A stretch of DNA of 64,000 nt, taken from Vicugna vicugna. Its lineage: Eukaryota. The translations under genes and the position numbers were made by a program. The notes below the pieces were generated by a model. The model had not been told where the DNA came from, searched no databases, and was given only the letters and a program-made list of their open reading frames with translations. Location of the stretch: assembly GCA_013265495.1 (NCBI GenBank), contig MU058824.1, positions 5,550,976-5,614,975 on the forward strand, in the 5' to 3' direction. Shown here one piece after another: positions 1-13,594 of this stretch; the first letter of the stretch is position 1; each line of letters starts with the position of its first letter.

Positions 1-544
1 TGCTGTGGCTAGGACTTCCAGGACTATGTTGAATAGGAGTGGTGATAGTGGGCATCCTTGTCTTGTCCCAGATTTTAGTGGGAAGCTTTTGAGTTTTTCA
101 CCATTGAGAACTATGCTGGCTGTAGGTTTGTCATATATAGCTTTTATTATGTTGAGATATGTTCCCTCTATACCCACTTTGGCGAGAGTTTTTATCATAA
201 ATGGGTGTTGAATTTTATCAAATGCTTTTTCTGCATCGATTGAGATGATCATGTGGTTTTTGTCCTTTCTCTTGTTGATGTGATGTATTACATTGATTGA
301 TTTGCGTATGTTGAACCAGCCTTGTGTCCCTGGGATGAACCCCACTTGGTCATGATGTATAATCTTTTTTATGTGTTGTTGGATTCTATTTGCTAAAATT
401 TTGGTGAGGATTTTGGCGTCTATGTTCATCAGTGATATTGGCCTATAGTTCTCTTTTTTTGTAGTGTCTTTGCCTGGTTTTGGTATCAGGGTGATGGTGG
501 CTTCATAGAATGAGTTTGGGAGTATTCCCTCCTTTTCAATCGTC
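1..544 (-). mobile_element. Young LINE-1, 5'-truncated within ORF2 (reverse transcriptase domain); continues off the left edge
   Basis: The minus strand translates with no stop: [45 protein letters not shown]...DQVGFIPG...[14 protein letters not shown]...[23 protein letters not shown], canonical L1 ORF2p. Similarity stops abruptly at about 544. Confidence 0.97.
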
Positions 545-2684
545 CCATGGGTTACTTTTTAAATGCAATCTCTAAACAGCCCCAAAGCAGTAGAGCATTG
601 CTTAATTAGCTGATGCCTTTAGGACCTTGCACTCAGCTGACCCTGTAATTTCAAGTTTAACAAGAAGAAACCCATATCTTTGTCTAAATTACCTGAATTT
701 TCTGGGTAGACAGTCCCTAAAGTACCAGATAACTGTGTCATCTGCTAAAGTTTGACTTCTTAAAGATGACCTGAAATATTCCTATGTGGAAGAAATGCAT
801 TTATTCCTTCTAATTCCTTCTAAAGAAATGTAGGCATCCCTGTTAAGTGACTGACTGTGAAAAACAAGTTAAAGTCAATACATGGTATTCAAAATAACAC
901 TGAAATGTTATTTTTTATGATATAATCCCTTAACAGTGTGGTACTTTGATTATTAGAGGCAAATGCTGATGGGCAAAACATTTGAAAAACCTGTTTTGAT
1001 AATATTTTATTTTTAACTGATAAAACAAATTTTAAGTCAATTTATCACAATCTGAATCCTGACAGAAAAGTTCAACATTGTTAAGTTTCTAAGTAACTTA
1101 AGTCTCTATTTTTGTAACTAGTTACTGTATTCCAAAATTATGGTTACTGAAACATAATATTATGTTTATATGGGATGTGGTATATTTAATCACAAAGCAT
1201 TCTGTTCCCAATTATCTGCTGGCACATGAACTACAGCATATCTTGTTTCCAATGTATTTACATTGATACTTAATCTGCTTTCTTTCTGTCTTTTCTGGAC
1301 ATAAGGATGAAGACTATTTGAGGACAGAACAGAGGGAGAATAGTTTAAACTAAGTTACCTAGTTTTATATTGACTTCTTCTGACCAGGTGAGGAAGTGGT
1401 TGCAGTCAGGGAAAGAAGCCAGGTTAGTTTTAGGCTAGTTCTTTGGATTAATCATGTTGTGTTGTCTGTCCTATTGTCAAAGAGGAAGCTAAGTAGTGAG
1501 CTGGGAGAAACAATGGAAATGTGTCAGTTTTACCAATTCTCCTTAATTGGATATTTTCAGCATATATCCATTATTTAGTTGTAATATCACAAATACAGAA
1601 AATTGAGTTGCTCCCAGAACTTACATCCAATTAAAGAGCAAAGTACTCATATATTTAATATAAATTGTTTTTATGATATATTCTTCTGGGTTATTCATGC
1701 CAATACTTTTCTCCATTAAAACACAATAACTTTGACTTGATTGAAATGATAAACATCTTCTGATTACTTATTAATTGATTTTAATCTTACATTATTCAAA
1801 TATATTGATTAGACATTGCATTATTTCATTACTTTATCTGTTCCTAGGGTAGCTTCTGAAGTCCAGTATTTGTGATAATTCATATTATTAATCTGCTTTT
1901 CTTTCATTTTGATAACATATAATGAGAAATTTATTTTTCACACTTCTCATTGTGGTTCTAAAATTATACAAATGAGTTTCCAGTATCTTATATGGAAATT
2001 AAATACATCCAGCTTTTTACACATTTGTGGCCTCTGGTATTAACATTTTAAAAACGTGAAAAGTAAATGAAGTAAAGCATTGGCTCCTCAAGAAGCCAAT
2101 GCTTTATATTTACCTTGCTTATGCCTACACCACTGATAGCTCATCTCTTCTAAAAGTGTAAATTGCATTTCACATGAAAAAAATTACTGCCTAGTAAGTT
2201 GTGGAAACCAATCAAAGTACAGTTACAGGAAGCAGTATGGCAATAAATTAAAATGTCAAGCTTTTAAGTTGTTTTGTTAAAAGCCTTAAAATCATCTGCA
2301 ATTTTTGAAATTGACAGTGTCACTTTAGCACCCACTTTTAAAGATCATTTTGAAGCATGAGTTATTTGTCAGGTGTGATTTATTTAAGACAATAAACTTA
2401 GATTATTGAGTTGAACAAATAACTGTTTGGATGCCTGCCAAGCATTTAGAGCAGATGACTGAATGTAATGAGACTGGATCACTCAGAGGGATGAATAATC
2501 AAAAGCTGTGGGATGAAATTAACTTTGTTCAAAAAGATATATCTTTTCCTTCTCTCCTTAGTGAACACTGAGCAATGGGGGAGTGAAAAGCATCATGGGA
2601 AATGCTGTCCTCTCATTCTGAAACAACAGCAGCAAATATACTATATACTTGCATAATGCACTCCAGCTCACATGTGTTATTTTA

Positions 2685-2820
2685 CATCCCATTAGAAATA
2701 CTTCACAGTAGTTATAATTGCAACATTGCAGATGAGAAGACTAAGAATCCAGCAGGTTAATCGATTTGCTCAGGTTACATAGACAGTGAAGGACAGGGCT
2801 AGAATCTGAACCTAAGTTCT
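2685..2820 (-). mobile_element. MIR SINE, interrupted by the adjacent L1
   Basis: CATTGCAGATGAGAAGACTAAG...TTTGCTCAGGTTACATAG...GGGCTAGAATCTGAACCTAAGTTCT resembles the reverse MIR core. Confidence 0.75.
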
Positions 2821-4019
2821 CCCCGCCTCCCCAGTTTTTTAAATTGAAGTGTAGTCAGTTTACAATGTTGTGTCAGTTTTTGGTGTACAGCATAATGTTT
2901 CAGTCATGCATGAACATACATATATTCCTTTTCACATTCTTTTTCATTATAGGTTACTATAAGATATTGAATATAGTTCCCTGTGCTATACAATATAAGC
3001 TTATTGTTAATCGATTTACTATCTGAAAATCTTCCTATGTCTGTGAGTCTGTTTGTAAATAAGTTCATTTGTGTCTTCTTTTTTTTTAGATTCCACATAT
3101 AAGTGATATATACTGTTTTTCTTTCTCTTTCTGGCTTACTTCACTTAGTATGAAGATCTCCAGGCCCATCCATGTTGCTACAAATGGCATTATTTCATTC
3201 TTTTTATGGCTGAGTAGTATTCCATTGTATACATATACTACAACTTCTTTATTCCGTCATCTGTCGATGGACATTTAGGTTGCTTCCATGTCTTGGCTAT
3301 TGTAAATAGTGCTGCTCTGAACATTGGGGTGCATGTACCTTTTCCAATTAGAGCTTCCTCTGGATATATGCCGAGGAGTGGGGTTGCTGGATCATTTGGT
3401 AAATCTGTTTTTAGGTTTTTGAGGACTCTCCATACTGTTTTCCATTATGGCTGCACCAAACTACATTCCCACCAACAGTGTAGGAGGGTTCCCTTTTCTC
3501 CACAGCCTCTCCAGCATTTATTGTTTGTGGACTTTTAACATGATGGCCATTCTGGTGTGAGATGAGACCTCATTGTAGTTATGATTTGCATTTCTCTGAT
3601 AATTAGTGATACTGAGCATTTTCTCATGTGCCTATTGGCCGTTTGTATGTCCTCATTGGGGAATTGCTTGTTCAGGTCTGCCCATTTTTGGATTGGGTTG
3701 TTTGTGTTTTTGTTATGAATGAGCTGTTTGTATATTCTGGAGATTAAGCCCTTGGCAGTCCCATCATTTGCAAATATTTCCTCCCTTCCGTAGGTGTCTT
3801 TTTTTGTCTGTTTATGGTTTCCTTTGCTGTGCAAAAGCTTAGAAGTTTAATTAAGTCCCATTTGTTTATTTTTGCTTTCATTTCTATTGCCTGGGTAGAC
3901 TGCCCCAGGAGAGCATTGCTAAGATTTATGTCAGAAGATGTTTTGCCTATGTTTTCTTCTAGGAGGTTTATAGTGTCTTATATTTAAATCTTTAAGCCAT
4001 TTTGAGGTTAATTTTTTTT
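2821..4019 (-). mobile_element. Young camelid-type LINE-1 3' fragment (ORF2 C-terminus plus 3' UTR) with 12-bp TSD
   Basis: Reverse L1 3' end (CCCTGTGCTATAC, GATTCCACATATAAGTGATA, CCATCCATGTTGCTACAAATGGC). AACCTAAGTTCT occurs at both 2809-2820 and 4020-4031. Confidence 0.95.
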
Positions 4020-4084
4020 AACCTAAGTTCTATGTCCAGATGAGCCAAAAGGGGTTAGAGGAAAAGCAAAAATGTGGAAAAACC

Positions 4085-4455
4085 ACATCTAGTTTAATCT
4101 TGATTCTGACACTGATGAGATTCCCTTGGCTAAGTTACTAAATGTTTCATTTCTGACTTAAGTTCCCTTACTTATAAGTTCTGAATGATAGTGTCTACTT
4201 TTGTGGACCACCTGGGACAGTACATGAGATAGAGTTTTAGAATAGTGATTGGTTTTGGAAGATTATTACCTATTCTACTCCTAGTTCCAATACTTAGTAA
4301 GTGTCTGATCCTGAGAAAATTCTGTAACCTCTTTGTATCTTATTTTCATCATCTTTAAAATAATACTTTTATAGGATTGTGGGAATGATTAGAAGAGCTG
4401 ATGGATGGGAGTACTGACCATGAGGGCTGGCACACAATAAAGCTCTCATTATCAT
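4085..4455 (+). mobile_element. Two degraded MIR fragments
   Basis: CTTGGCTAAGTTACTAAATG and AACCTCTTTGTATCTTATTTTCATCATCTTTAAAA...ATAGGATTGTGGGAATGATTA resemble the MIR core. Confidence 0.6.
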
Positions 4456-5811
4456 TAACGTGAGTCACTTGGGAGCTCAGAACACCCGTTGCCTCCACAA
4501 CTAGAAAATGTGGCTCTAGTTCCCTAGTTTCATGGCCTGTGGAAGCCCAAAGTACCCCCTGCTCTTCCTTTCAAGAGTTCGACTAATCTCTGAAGATCCT
4601 CAAGCTCTCAAGATTCTTTAGTCATCCTTCTGTTTCTTTTGCAATAGTGGCCACTATTCTGTGTCACAGAGATCCAGGATGGCATTCCACCCTTTTTTCT
4701 TCTGAGTTTCACAAATACCCAATCACACAAATCTTGTTGATAATTCTGGGAGTTAAGAAAAAGAATCATACTGCACATCACAAAGTTTGTTTCCTGCATC
4801 TTCTCCCCCTTCTCTTCTCTTTGCTCTAGCCTTCCTAAATGACTCCTCACACATCAAATTCTTCTCCCCCTTTTACGTAGAACAGTTGTGCTTATTTCAG
4901 AGGTACCTTCAGTCCTGCTTCCCCAAACCCATCCACTTGTCCATGAAATAAAGGGCCATGCAGCTTTGTGACTGGCCCTGAAATGTGAACCAACTGCTAG
5001 TTCTCATGACTGGTGTGAAAAGACCTACAAAGACATTGTTCTCCTGTGCAAAATAGATATTTTGGATAAATTAAAGATAAAATGCTAATTTGCCAGTGGC
5101 TAACATGGGGATAGGAAGGGGTTCATGCAAATACTAGATATTGATGTAAGAAAAACGAGATGGGGAAATAGTTTCATTGTGTCTGTTTCAGGGACAGGCC
5201 TGGTGAAAGGCAGTGAGAAGTATTTCACTGGGGATTTGCAGGGGTCTCTGATGATGTCCGCCTGCATGTGAGTCTAGGCAGGGGCCCCTCAACTTCATTT
5301 TGCTCTAGGCCTGGCAGATTGTGTAGCACGTCTTGAATGAAGGCTTACTATACTTGGGCTTTGTTTCTGTTGAGTAGTATTCATAACAAAATTTTAAACT
5401 AAAAATCCTTCTTAATTCTTAGGAGTTGTTTTTTTTTGTGATGTGAGTGGATTACAGGAAGAGGCCATGGTTATTGCCTGGAATTTAGCTCTTCCTTGCT
5501 ATTAGGACAAAGTGCCTTAATAATTAACATTTCCTTTAGCTAGATTCCTGGAGATATTTGGCCAGGAACTGTATTTTTTTCTTTTCTAACCGCCTCATTG
5601 GGTTTACAAGATAGTAAACTTGTAAACATCACAATTTTGGCTGCCGCTAAGAAGCCAGAAGGGTGTGTGTTTGCTGTGTGTGAAACAGAAGAGTAGGATT
5701 TAAGACATAATGCCTGACCTAGAGGGGAGTACAAAATATGTGTTACAGTTTTTAGGCAGCAGATGGGCAAGTGGAGTTTATCGTATTATGGAAACATATT
5801 GTACTCTTTGT

Positions 5812-5847
5812 AAAAACAAAAACAAAAACAAAAACAAAAACAAAAAC
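5812..5847 (+). repeat. (AAAAAC)6 microsatellite
   Basis: Perfect hexamer array, read directly. Confidence 0.95.
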
Positions 5848-6558
5848 CAACCTAATAATTGGAATAAAATTCCTTATAATTTGGGGTTGATTGTTATGAT
5901 ATATACTTTGGTTTTGAACTAATAAATTATACAGTTCTGAAATTGCTTAGTTTAATTGCCGACTTTTTAGGAAAACAAGATTGTACGGCATGAACACTTG
6001 TCTTAATAGACCTGGAACTAGCAGACTCCCACACCGCAAAATCTGCCCCCACGGGCGGTTGTATTTGAGAAGGAAGTTTGTTAGTTTGAACACTGTTGAG
6101 CACTGCCCAAATGACAAATGTGTTTATAGTTGGGGTAGAGAATTCAGTAAAAACAAACAATGAGGATAATCTGTACAATGTGGTGTATTTAAAAAATACG
6201 CTTCTGATACAATTTTTTTTCTGAGGAAATAATTATTCGTATAACAAGCCACAGCTGCTTAAAAATAAACTTGGAATTTTAGAGTTATTAATTGAAATAC
6301 TACTGCCATCAACATTGTATTTTAGAGATTTTATAAACAGCACTGAATTAGTGAGTGAGATATCACTGATGCCATTACAAGTATAATGTTTACTCAACGG
6401 GAACACAGATTGCTTTTTTTTGTTGTTGTTGTTCCTTGAGCATGAGTCTATATGCACCTCTCATCACAGGTAACTGAAGTGAATCTTACTCTTCTTCGTG
6501 AGCTGAGTTAGCAGAACATCAGTACTTGAGAAAGGCAACTGCCACTATAAGCGTATAC

Positions 6559-6742
6559 TGTGTTTTTCATGTCTTTTGTTCCTGTATTTTGATGCTTTGA
6601 CATATTGGAGCCTTGCTGACTCTGAAGAAGACTGCGCCTCTCAGGGTTGGTTAATTCCTAGAGATAGCAAACAACTGTGTCTTTTATATGCAAACCAACT
6701 AATCTAGAGCCCGTACTCCAACCACCCCCAGTTTATCTGGGC
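6559..6742 (+). mobile_element. ERVL LTR fragment (MER74/MER54-like)
   Basis: GAGCCTTGCTGACTCTGAAG...AATTCCTAGAGATAGCAAAC...ATATGCAAACCAACTAATCTAGAGCCC matches the recalled MER74/54 5' half. Confidence 0.75.
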
Positions 6743-7688
6743 AAAGTTAGCACTCTGTTGACTTTCTTCTGCCAACAAATAAATCTTCCTTTAATTGGAT
6801 AATCATTAATTCCAAGAAATTTTTTTCTAAAATCATAGCATTTGCAAAATTCTCTAGCAGAGCTACTGCAGAAATCTCATAAATTTGATTGTTCCTAAGT
6901 CCTCTTTTCATATATTTGTAGCTGAAAAAACTTTTGTTTATGGGTCAGAAGCTCTGTTGTAGTTACTCTACACAGAATCACATGCCCTGAATAGACTGTA
7001 TAAAGCATGCTGAAGTCCTTGTGGTTGATGTGAGCAACCTCACTAATTTGGACTGGATAATTCAGAGAATATATTAATTTGAACCTTGTCAAATGAAGTA
7101 AATCCCACATGTCTGGGGAATAGGAGAAAGAAAATATTTGAAAAGACAATTCAGAGTGTATAAAACTTGTGGAAAATGTCTTATTTAATAAACAAATAGT
7201 TTTCATTCATTTCATTTAATTCCGAAATTTAACATTTAATTCAAATAATTTTTACCTATTAATCAAAAGAGTTTCTTCAACACTGTGGTCATTATTAAAA
7301 GCATTCCTGCATCCTCTTTACAGTAACAGTGCTGGTGTGATACAATGAGAATCTTTCAGTCTTTGGACTCAGAGATGCATCAGCTCGAGTCGTGGGTGAT
7401 GTAGGGCAATGCACGAAACTAGTCCTGGTTCTGAGTATTCATATGAAAACAGGGGGAAGGAGGGCAGCATCAGGCATTCGTGAGAAGCAAGTGAACTAAT
7501 TGTGTGAACGTCCCTTGGAACATTGTTGGAATGGAACAAATATTTATTGAATTAATTATTTAAGGGGTAAATTAAACTAAAATTTAACTTTCTTAATTTA
7601 GATATTAACTCCCATCCTATTTTTAATTAGCATGGTTTTATGTACGTGGGTCGTACTAATAATTCTAGCTCAGGCTATCATCTAAATG

Positions 7689-7885
7689 AAAGGATGGCCA
7701 ACTTTTTTTGTAAAGGGCTCCGTAGTAAATATTTTAGGCTCTGTGTGTTATGTGTGGTCCGTGTCTCACAGTCTTCTGTTTTGTTTTCCATAACTGTTTA
7801 AAAAGGTAAAAACCATTCATAGCTGTTGGGCTATACAGAAAGAGGCATGACCAAATTTGGCCAGTGACTGGTTTGCTCATTCCTG
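7689..7885. mobile_element. MER58-family hAT-Charlie MITE
   Basis: AACTTTTTTTGTAAAGGGCTCCGTAGTAAATATTTTAGGCT...AAAACCATTCATAGCT...TTTGCTCATTCCTG. Confidence 0.8.
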
Positions 7886-9224
7886 ATCTAAACTTTCTGC
7901 ATTTAATCTGTTTTATTTATGCTCTTTTAATACAAATTACTAATGTGCTTACAAGATTTAGAAGGCTAAAAAAACCCAAGCTTAGATTTCTTGAATAAAA
8001 TTCAGATTAAGATGTTAGAGAAAGTAAACTTTGCTTCAGGAATATTTCAGTGATTTCCAGAAAAGTACAAAGAGCATAATACAGACAGTAATTTTTCCTT
8101 CTGTCTGTGAAACAAATGAAAGACCTTTATGAGCCTGTGTACATCTAAGGAAACAAGGAAGTTTGTATTTTGTTTGATTAGAAAATGTGAATTCTTCAAA
8201 GGTGCTTCTGTTAGTCTCATAGGTATACACATTGATTAAGATTTCTTATTAACATACAATCATCTCCAAATGTTTCCACTTAATTGCTTTTTATTTCAGT
8301 TAAGTACCAATGTTCTTTATTCTCACACGTAGTTTAATTAGCATGGAAGGTCACTGAGAGGTGTTAAGGCACAAACTTGCCCAGAGGAAGTAGTTGATGC
8401 CTGGCTGGCTCCTAATTATAGAGCATCCTCAAACAGCAGAGGGAAAGGGAGCTTAGAGGGGAGAATAATGAAAGAACTAAAAATGAAGCAGGAGCTTTCC
8501 CTGTGCAAATGATCACCTAGTCTTATTTTAAGGTCACAGGTGCATATCGTTATCAGTAGGACATAAAATACAATGTACAGTAGTTTATAGATTATTTATC
8601 AATATTCACTGAACACCTACTCTGTCCAAATACTGTGTTCAGTGCTTGTAAGGGAATCCTAAAGTGTTGAGTAAAATGCTGTTGAGAAAGATGTAATTGG
8701 TAATGATTAAATGTCACAATCATATGTGACAGGTGAGAGTATATTATTCCTTATTATTTATTAAATAAACTTGCATTAATAATATTAAAATATTTTTGAT
8801 TTTTACAGAATTATTGCCAAATTATACCAGAATCTATTTGGCCAGATAGTCCGTAGTGTTAACCATATATAGCTGTCACTAGAAGTGTTGTTTACAGCTA
8901 ATAACAATGTATCTATATATAGATGGGGTCTGTCTTAAAACTATTAAATTCCAATAATAAATCAAAGGAGGTAGTTATAAGTGCCACAGAATTATTTTTA
9001 ATATTATCAAATAATTCTCTGCATAATTAAACAAGAGGTATATTAACAGCATTAAAATAAATGAAAGTGTTATACATTGAGTTCTGTCTCAAACTTTTCA
9101 AAGTGACACCTAAGGAATAAATCCAGGTATCCCTGTATTTTATATTAGTGCACTTCAAGATGATAATTCCACTATAAGCAACTGTGCCTTCAGCTAGCAA
9201 GGGTGATAACAGCATACAACTTTG

Positions 9225-9435
9225 TAGAATACCTTTAATGTTCCAGGCTTGGTTCCAAGAGCATGATAAGCATTATTCTGCTTAATGCTATCCCAATTCT
9301 GAGAGGAAAATATGTCCTATTATTGTCCCCATTTTCCAGATAAGGAAACTGAGGCCAAAAAAAAGGTAATTGCCTGAGTCATACGCTTAGAAATTGAAGA
9401 GTTGGGAATTAAACTCTGTATGATTCTAGCATCTT
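9225..9435 (-). mobile_element. MIR SINE
   Basis: TATTGTCCCCATTTTCCAGATAAGGAAACTGAGGC core. Confidence 0.85.
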
Positions 9436-9699
9436 TCACTAGTAATTCAGCCTCAGTGTTGGCATCTACACATCATAAAAGGTGGAGATTGGCTAACAGT
9501 CACTCGAAAGCATGAGTGAGTAAACAGCATTGTGTGTTCATTTTGTTCATTTAATAAGGAGGATTTCTTTGGTGAGAAAAGTTTAGCTGGTATCTGCTCA
9601 ACACTTTATCTCTCTGGGCCTCAGTTCCTTCATATATGAAAAGAGGGGATTTGGGCTGGATGCAGTTCTTTTTTTTTTTTTTTTCTGTTAAGTGTTTTT

Positions 9700-10020
9700 T
9701 AAAGTTGTAAAATCATGAGTTTCATATAAATATAAATTGAATACATGTCAAAGAGTTTATTTAACTCATTAAGTAATGAGAAAACCAGTAATATGTTATT
9801 ACTGGTTCAATAAATTATAAATACCATACTTTTATAGCTGAATCAGAAATGCAGAAATTAATTTATAAATAGATGCGAAACTGGCCTTTTTGAGAGAATA
9901 GGTCAGTTGTCCGTCCACTGGATAGAATATGCATGTCTGTGGAAAAATTTGCATGAGTATCAGTTATCTATAACTTAGGGAGTTGTAAAGTAGCTCTAAG
10001 ATAAGGAAAGGCCCAGAGTC
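9700..10020. mobile_element. Old interspersed repeat, probably LTR-derived (family unassigned)
   Basis: GAGTTTATTTAACTCATTAAGTAATGAGAAAACCAGTAATATGTTA resembles a recurrent mammalian repeat; I cannot name the family. Confidence 0.35.
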
Positions 10021-11299
10021 CTCATAGAATAGATAACTCAGAGGCTGCGTTCCACAGTGCCTTGTGTTTCACTGCAGATGCCCAGTCATCTTTTGGTCTA
10101 ATTTCAAGTCTTCACAATTTTCCCCCACACCTCAAACCAAGCCCTGTGGGAAGTCCAACATATGAAACAGGTGCAGTTTGGCTGCTTTGATGGGAGCAGT
10201 GAGAGAGCAGAAAGCTCCTGTCAATCTGCCTCAATCACCCACCAAAAATTACAAGAAGTTCCCCCTAACAGTTGCCCTTGAGGCAGCTGCTGGGGCTGTG
10301 ATGGCTGTATGGTCTCTCATTGTTTCCAAAGCTAATATTCTGTGTTTTCCTGATTTTTCCCTTTGGAGGCAAAAGGCTGAGTTGTCAGAGATAAATGTTT
10401 TGCTGTCATCTCACAGTGGTGCTTCATTAGGTCCCGATGAAACCAGGAGCATCTTTCTGGGTCAGGAGCCTGAGATTCCTTCTGATCAATCTTCAGAGAC
10501 ACTCCTAGGCTCATAAGAAATGGGCAGAAATTGCTATGCCCAGCACAAAGCCTTCTTTTTGAGGGCTGTGCCTGTTAAACCCCAGGATTATTTTTTCAGC
10601 AAGGTCCTGGAAGGTCTTCCTTCCATCCAAGGGGCCTCTGACCATAAAGCATTCATCACATTGTTAGATAATGTGTGGACATTCAGTGGATAATTCATTA
10701 ATATAATTCCCAGGTGTGGACAAAAGAAGGGGCTGATCTGGCAAGGTTTGTTTAATTAGACTGGAAAAATTCATAGTGAGTTATAACTAATTTGTAGGAA
10801 ACTCTGTGAGATCAAGGCTAGGTTTAGTGTTGACATAAATTTAAATGAGCATCTACATCATTTTCTCTCTGGTCATCATTATTGGGAATATATAGAGGTG
10901 TAGATAAAGGTTACCAAATTAGTTGGTATTTTCTTTTACTATTTCAGCTCTTTATCAATGCTATTCACAATATCCCCAGGAAGAAATTTCCTTATAGATT
11001 GATTTGGGGGTGTGGTGGGGGTTAAACAGTTTATAAGCATGCCACATTTCTTCCAAATTTCCTGCAGTTTGCAACTCTATTCTGACCACTTTTCTTTTTC
11101 ACCAACCAAACCAACTTTCTTCCTGTCTTGGTTCTACCTATTCTATTAAGTACTTAAATTTCATAAAATGTATTTATTGAGTGAGAAACATAACAATAGC
11201 TGACATTTTTTATAAGAAAAATCAACTGTATCAATTCAACAACAAATCGTTTATTTTCTTTTTTTCTTACTCTTTACTATTCCTTGTCAGTAAGACCAT

Positions 11300-12590
11300 C
11301 TGTTTTGAAGATGCAGTCATAATGCAATTGTCACTTTATTGTGATTTTTTTCTCATAAAATATCATAAACATTTTCTAGGTTGCTATATAATATTTATAA
11401 TTATCTTTGTTCTTATTTTTATTTACATGAATGATTTGTATTATAGCAGACACAGACATAGATACATGGTAAACTTGAAAAAAAAAATCCAGAAAAGTAC
11501 AAAGGAGAAAGTGAAAATCATCTGAAATTTCACCTACCAAAGATAATAATTACTACTTTAACGTTCTTTCATTCATCTTTTTACACATACATACACATAT
11601 TTAATTTTACAGAAATGGGTTCATAGATACATGCAGATATATAACCAACTTCTTTTTCTCAATAGTATGTTTTGGGCCTTTTTTTTCCTATGTAAACGAA
11701 TATAGATATGCATCATCACTTTGGGTGCCTGAAAAATACTGCATTGTAGGTGTTTGCTACCAGCTTTTTAACCAGGCTTCTCTTGCTGTACAGATGGAAT
11801 GGTTCCAGATTTCTGCCAGAGTAAATAAGGCTTCTGCACACTTCTGGGACTTCTCCTTGCTGTCAGTTTCAAGTACTGTGATTATTACATCTAATGGAAG
11901 GCTCTCTAAAACTTTAAAACATAGTTTAAAAACTGTCCTTTTCAAAATTTTAACATCTTACATTCCTATCACCAGTGTGAATTATCTTTTTCACTGCACC
12001 CTGCCCCTATCCTGAATTTCAGTCATTTGTTTAATATTCTAATGTTGTGGGGGAATCTGAGAATAATACCTCAGCATTTTAAAATTTGCATTTCCATGGT
12101 GACCTGGGTGTTTGAATATCTTTATATATATATATTTGTTGTCATTTGTGTATCTTCTTTTATGACTTGGCTATTCATATCCTTTGTCTGGAATTTCTAC
12201 TGAAGTGATTGTCTTTTTTCTGTTTTCCCTTTTGTTTTTCTGACAATATGTCAACTTTCTCATATATATTAAAAAAGCATCCTCATTTTTACTTTTGGCT
12301 TAATTTTTATATACTAAAACGTGTTTATGGAGGTTATTTTTTGGTTGTTATTTTTGCTGATGTTCATGTATTTTAAATTTACACAAATTTATCAGTGTTT
12401 TCCTTTACTGTTTTGAGTGTTAGGTCACAGGTGGAAAGACCTCTCACTAGATGATAAAAATATTATCTAACTTATTCTTCTGATGACTCTGGTGTTTTAT
12501 TATTTTTTAATATTCAAATTGATATATCTAGTACTTATTTTGGTGTACAGAGAACGTGAAAATCCAAGAATTTTGTTTACCTCTATAGAA
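11300..12590 (-). mobile_element. Ancient L1 (L1ME-like) 3' relics
   Basis: T-rich reverse L1 motifs such as TTTGCATTTCCATGGTGAC and TTGTGTATCTTCTTTTATGACTTGGCTATTCATATCCTTTG. Confidence 0.7.
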
Positions 12591-13594
12591 CACTGGAAAA
12601 ATAAAGACAGGTGGACAGTCAGGTATTATTTGGACAGAAAAATATAAGTAAATTACAGATGATGTCAGATTTGAATAGAATATGCCAGAGGAAACTGATG
12701 ACCAACATCATTACTGAGATTGTGGGCATAATTTTACTTGGCAATGGGGACTCAGTATATAATATTTATTATATTAGGTATGTGTGCGCTTATGAGTAAA
12801 GGAATAGTTGGAGAGAAAAAAATCAGATTTAGACATCATACATTGTTAATGAGATTAATGAAATATAGAGCATGTTTTCTATAGATTGTAACTATTTCAG
12901 CAGTATAGAGAAGTGAGCAACCACAGACAGAAGGATTCAGATTTAAGTGGGTGAAATATAAGTTTGTAAGTTTCATAGAGGATTGTGCTAAGTGAAGTAT
13001 AAATTCCATCTTCATTCAAAATATATGAACTGTGAGGCTGATAAGAAAGGATTGGCCTTATGGGTAGGACTCTGAGGAATTAGAAATGTTAACAGACAAT
13101 AAGTTAGTAGAATGCCTCAGGCAATTACAATTAACTAGAAAACAGGATGGAGATAGACTTCACTGAGGATGGGACCGAGGGATTATAAAATCATAAAGGC
13201 ACATTGTGTTAGTGGACCCAACTACTAGATGGCTCTATCAGGGGCAAGTCTACTGAGAAAAATAGAGAAAGTGCCTCCATCTCAAAGTCTAAGACTCTGG
13301 TTAGCACACAGGGAGACAGGAATGAACACAGGTAATTAGAAATGAGACCTTTAGTTCATACTAAATTTTCATTTATTTTCACATCCATTCTCGTTCATTG
13401 ATCTGTCTGCCTATTCCTCCACTCTCAATTGTTGTAACTTATATTGTGATATCTATAATAGCAGAAATTTGCTCTTTATCTTTTTCAGAGTTTTCCTAAG
13501 TGGTTTTTATACTAATTATTACGTTTGAATTTTTGAATCAGTTTGTCAAGTATTCTATCCTCCTTCAAGTATCTGTCACTACTACTTGCCACCT

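Noticed and set aside
5..211. 68-aa plus-strand ORF
   Set aside because: It is the antisense frame of L1 ORF2.
10178..10516. 112-aa ORF
   Set aside because: TTG start, no recognisable domain and no convincing splice sites.
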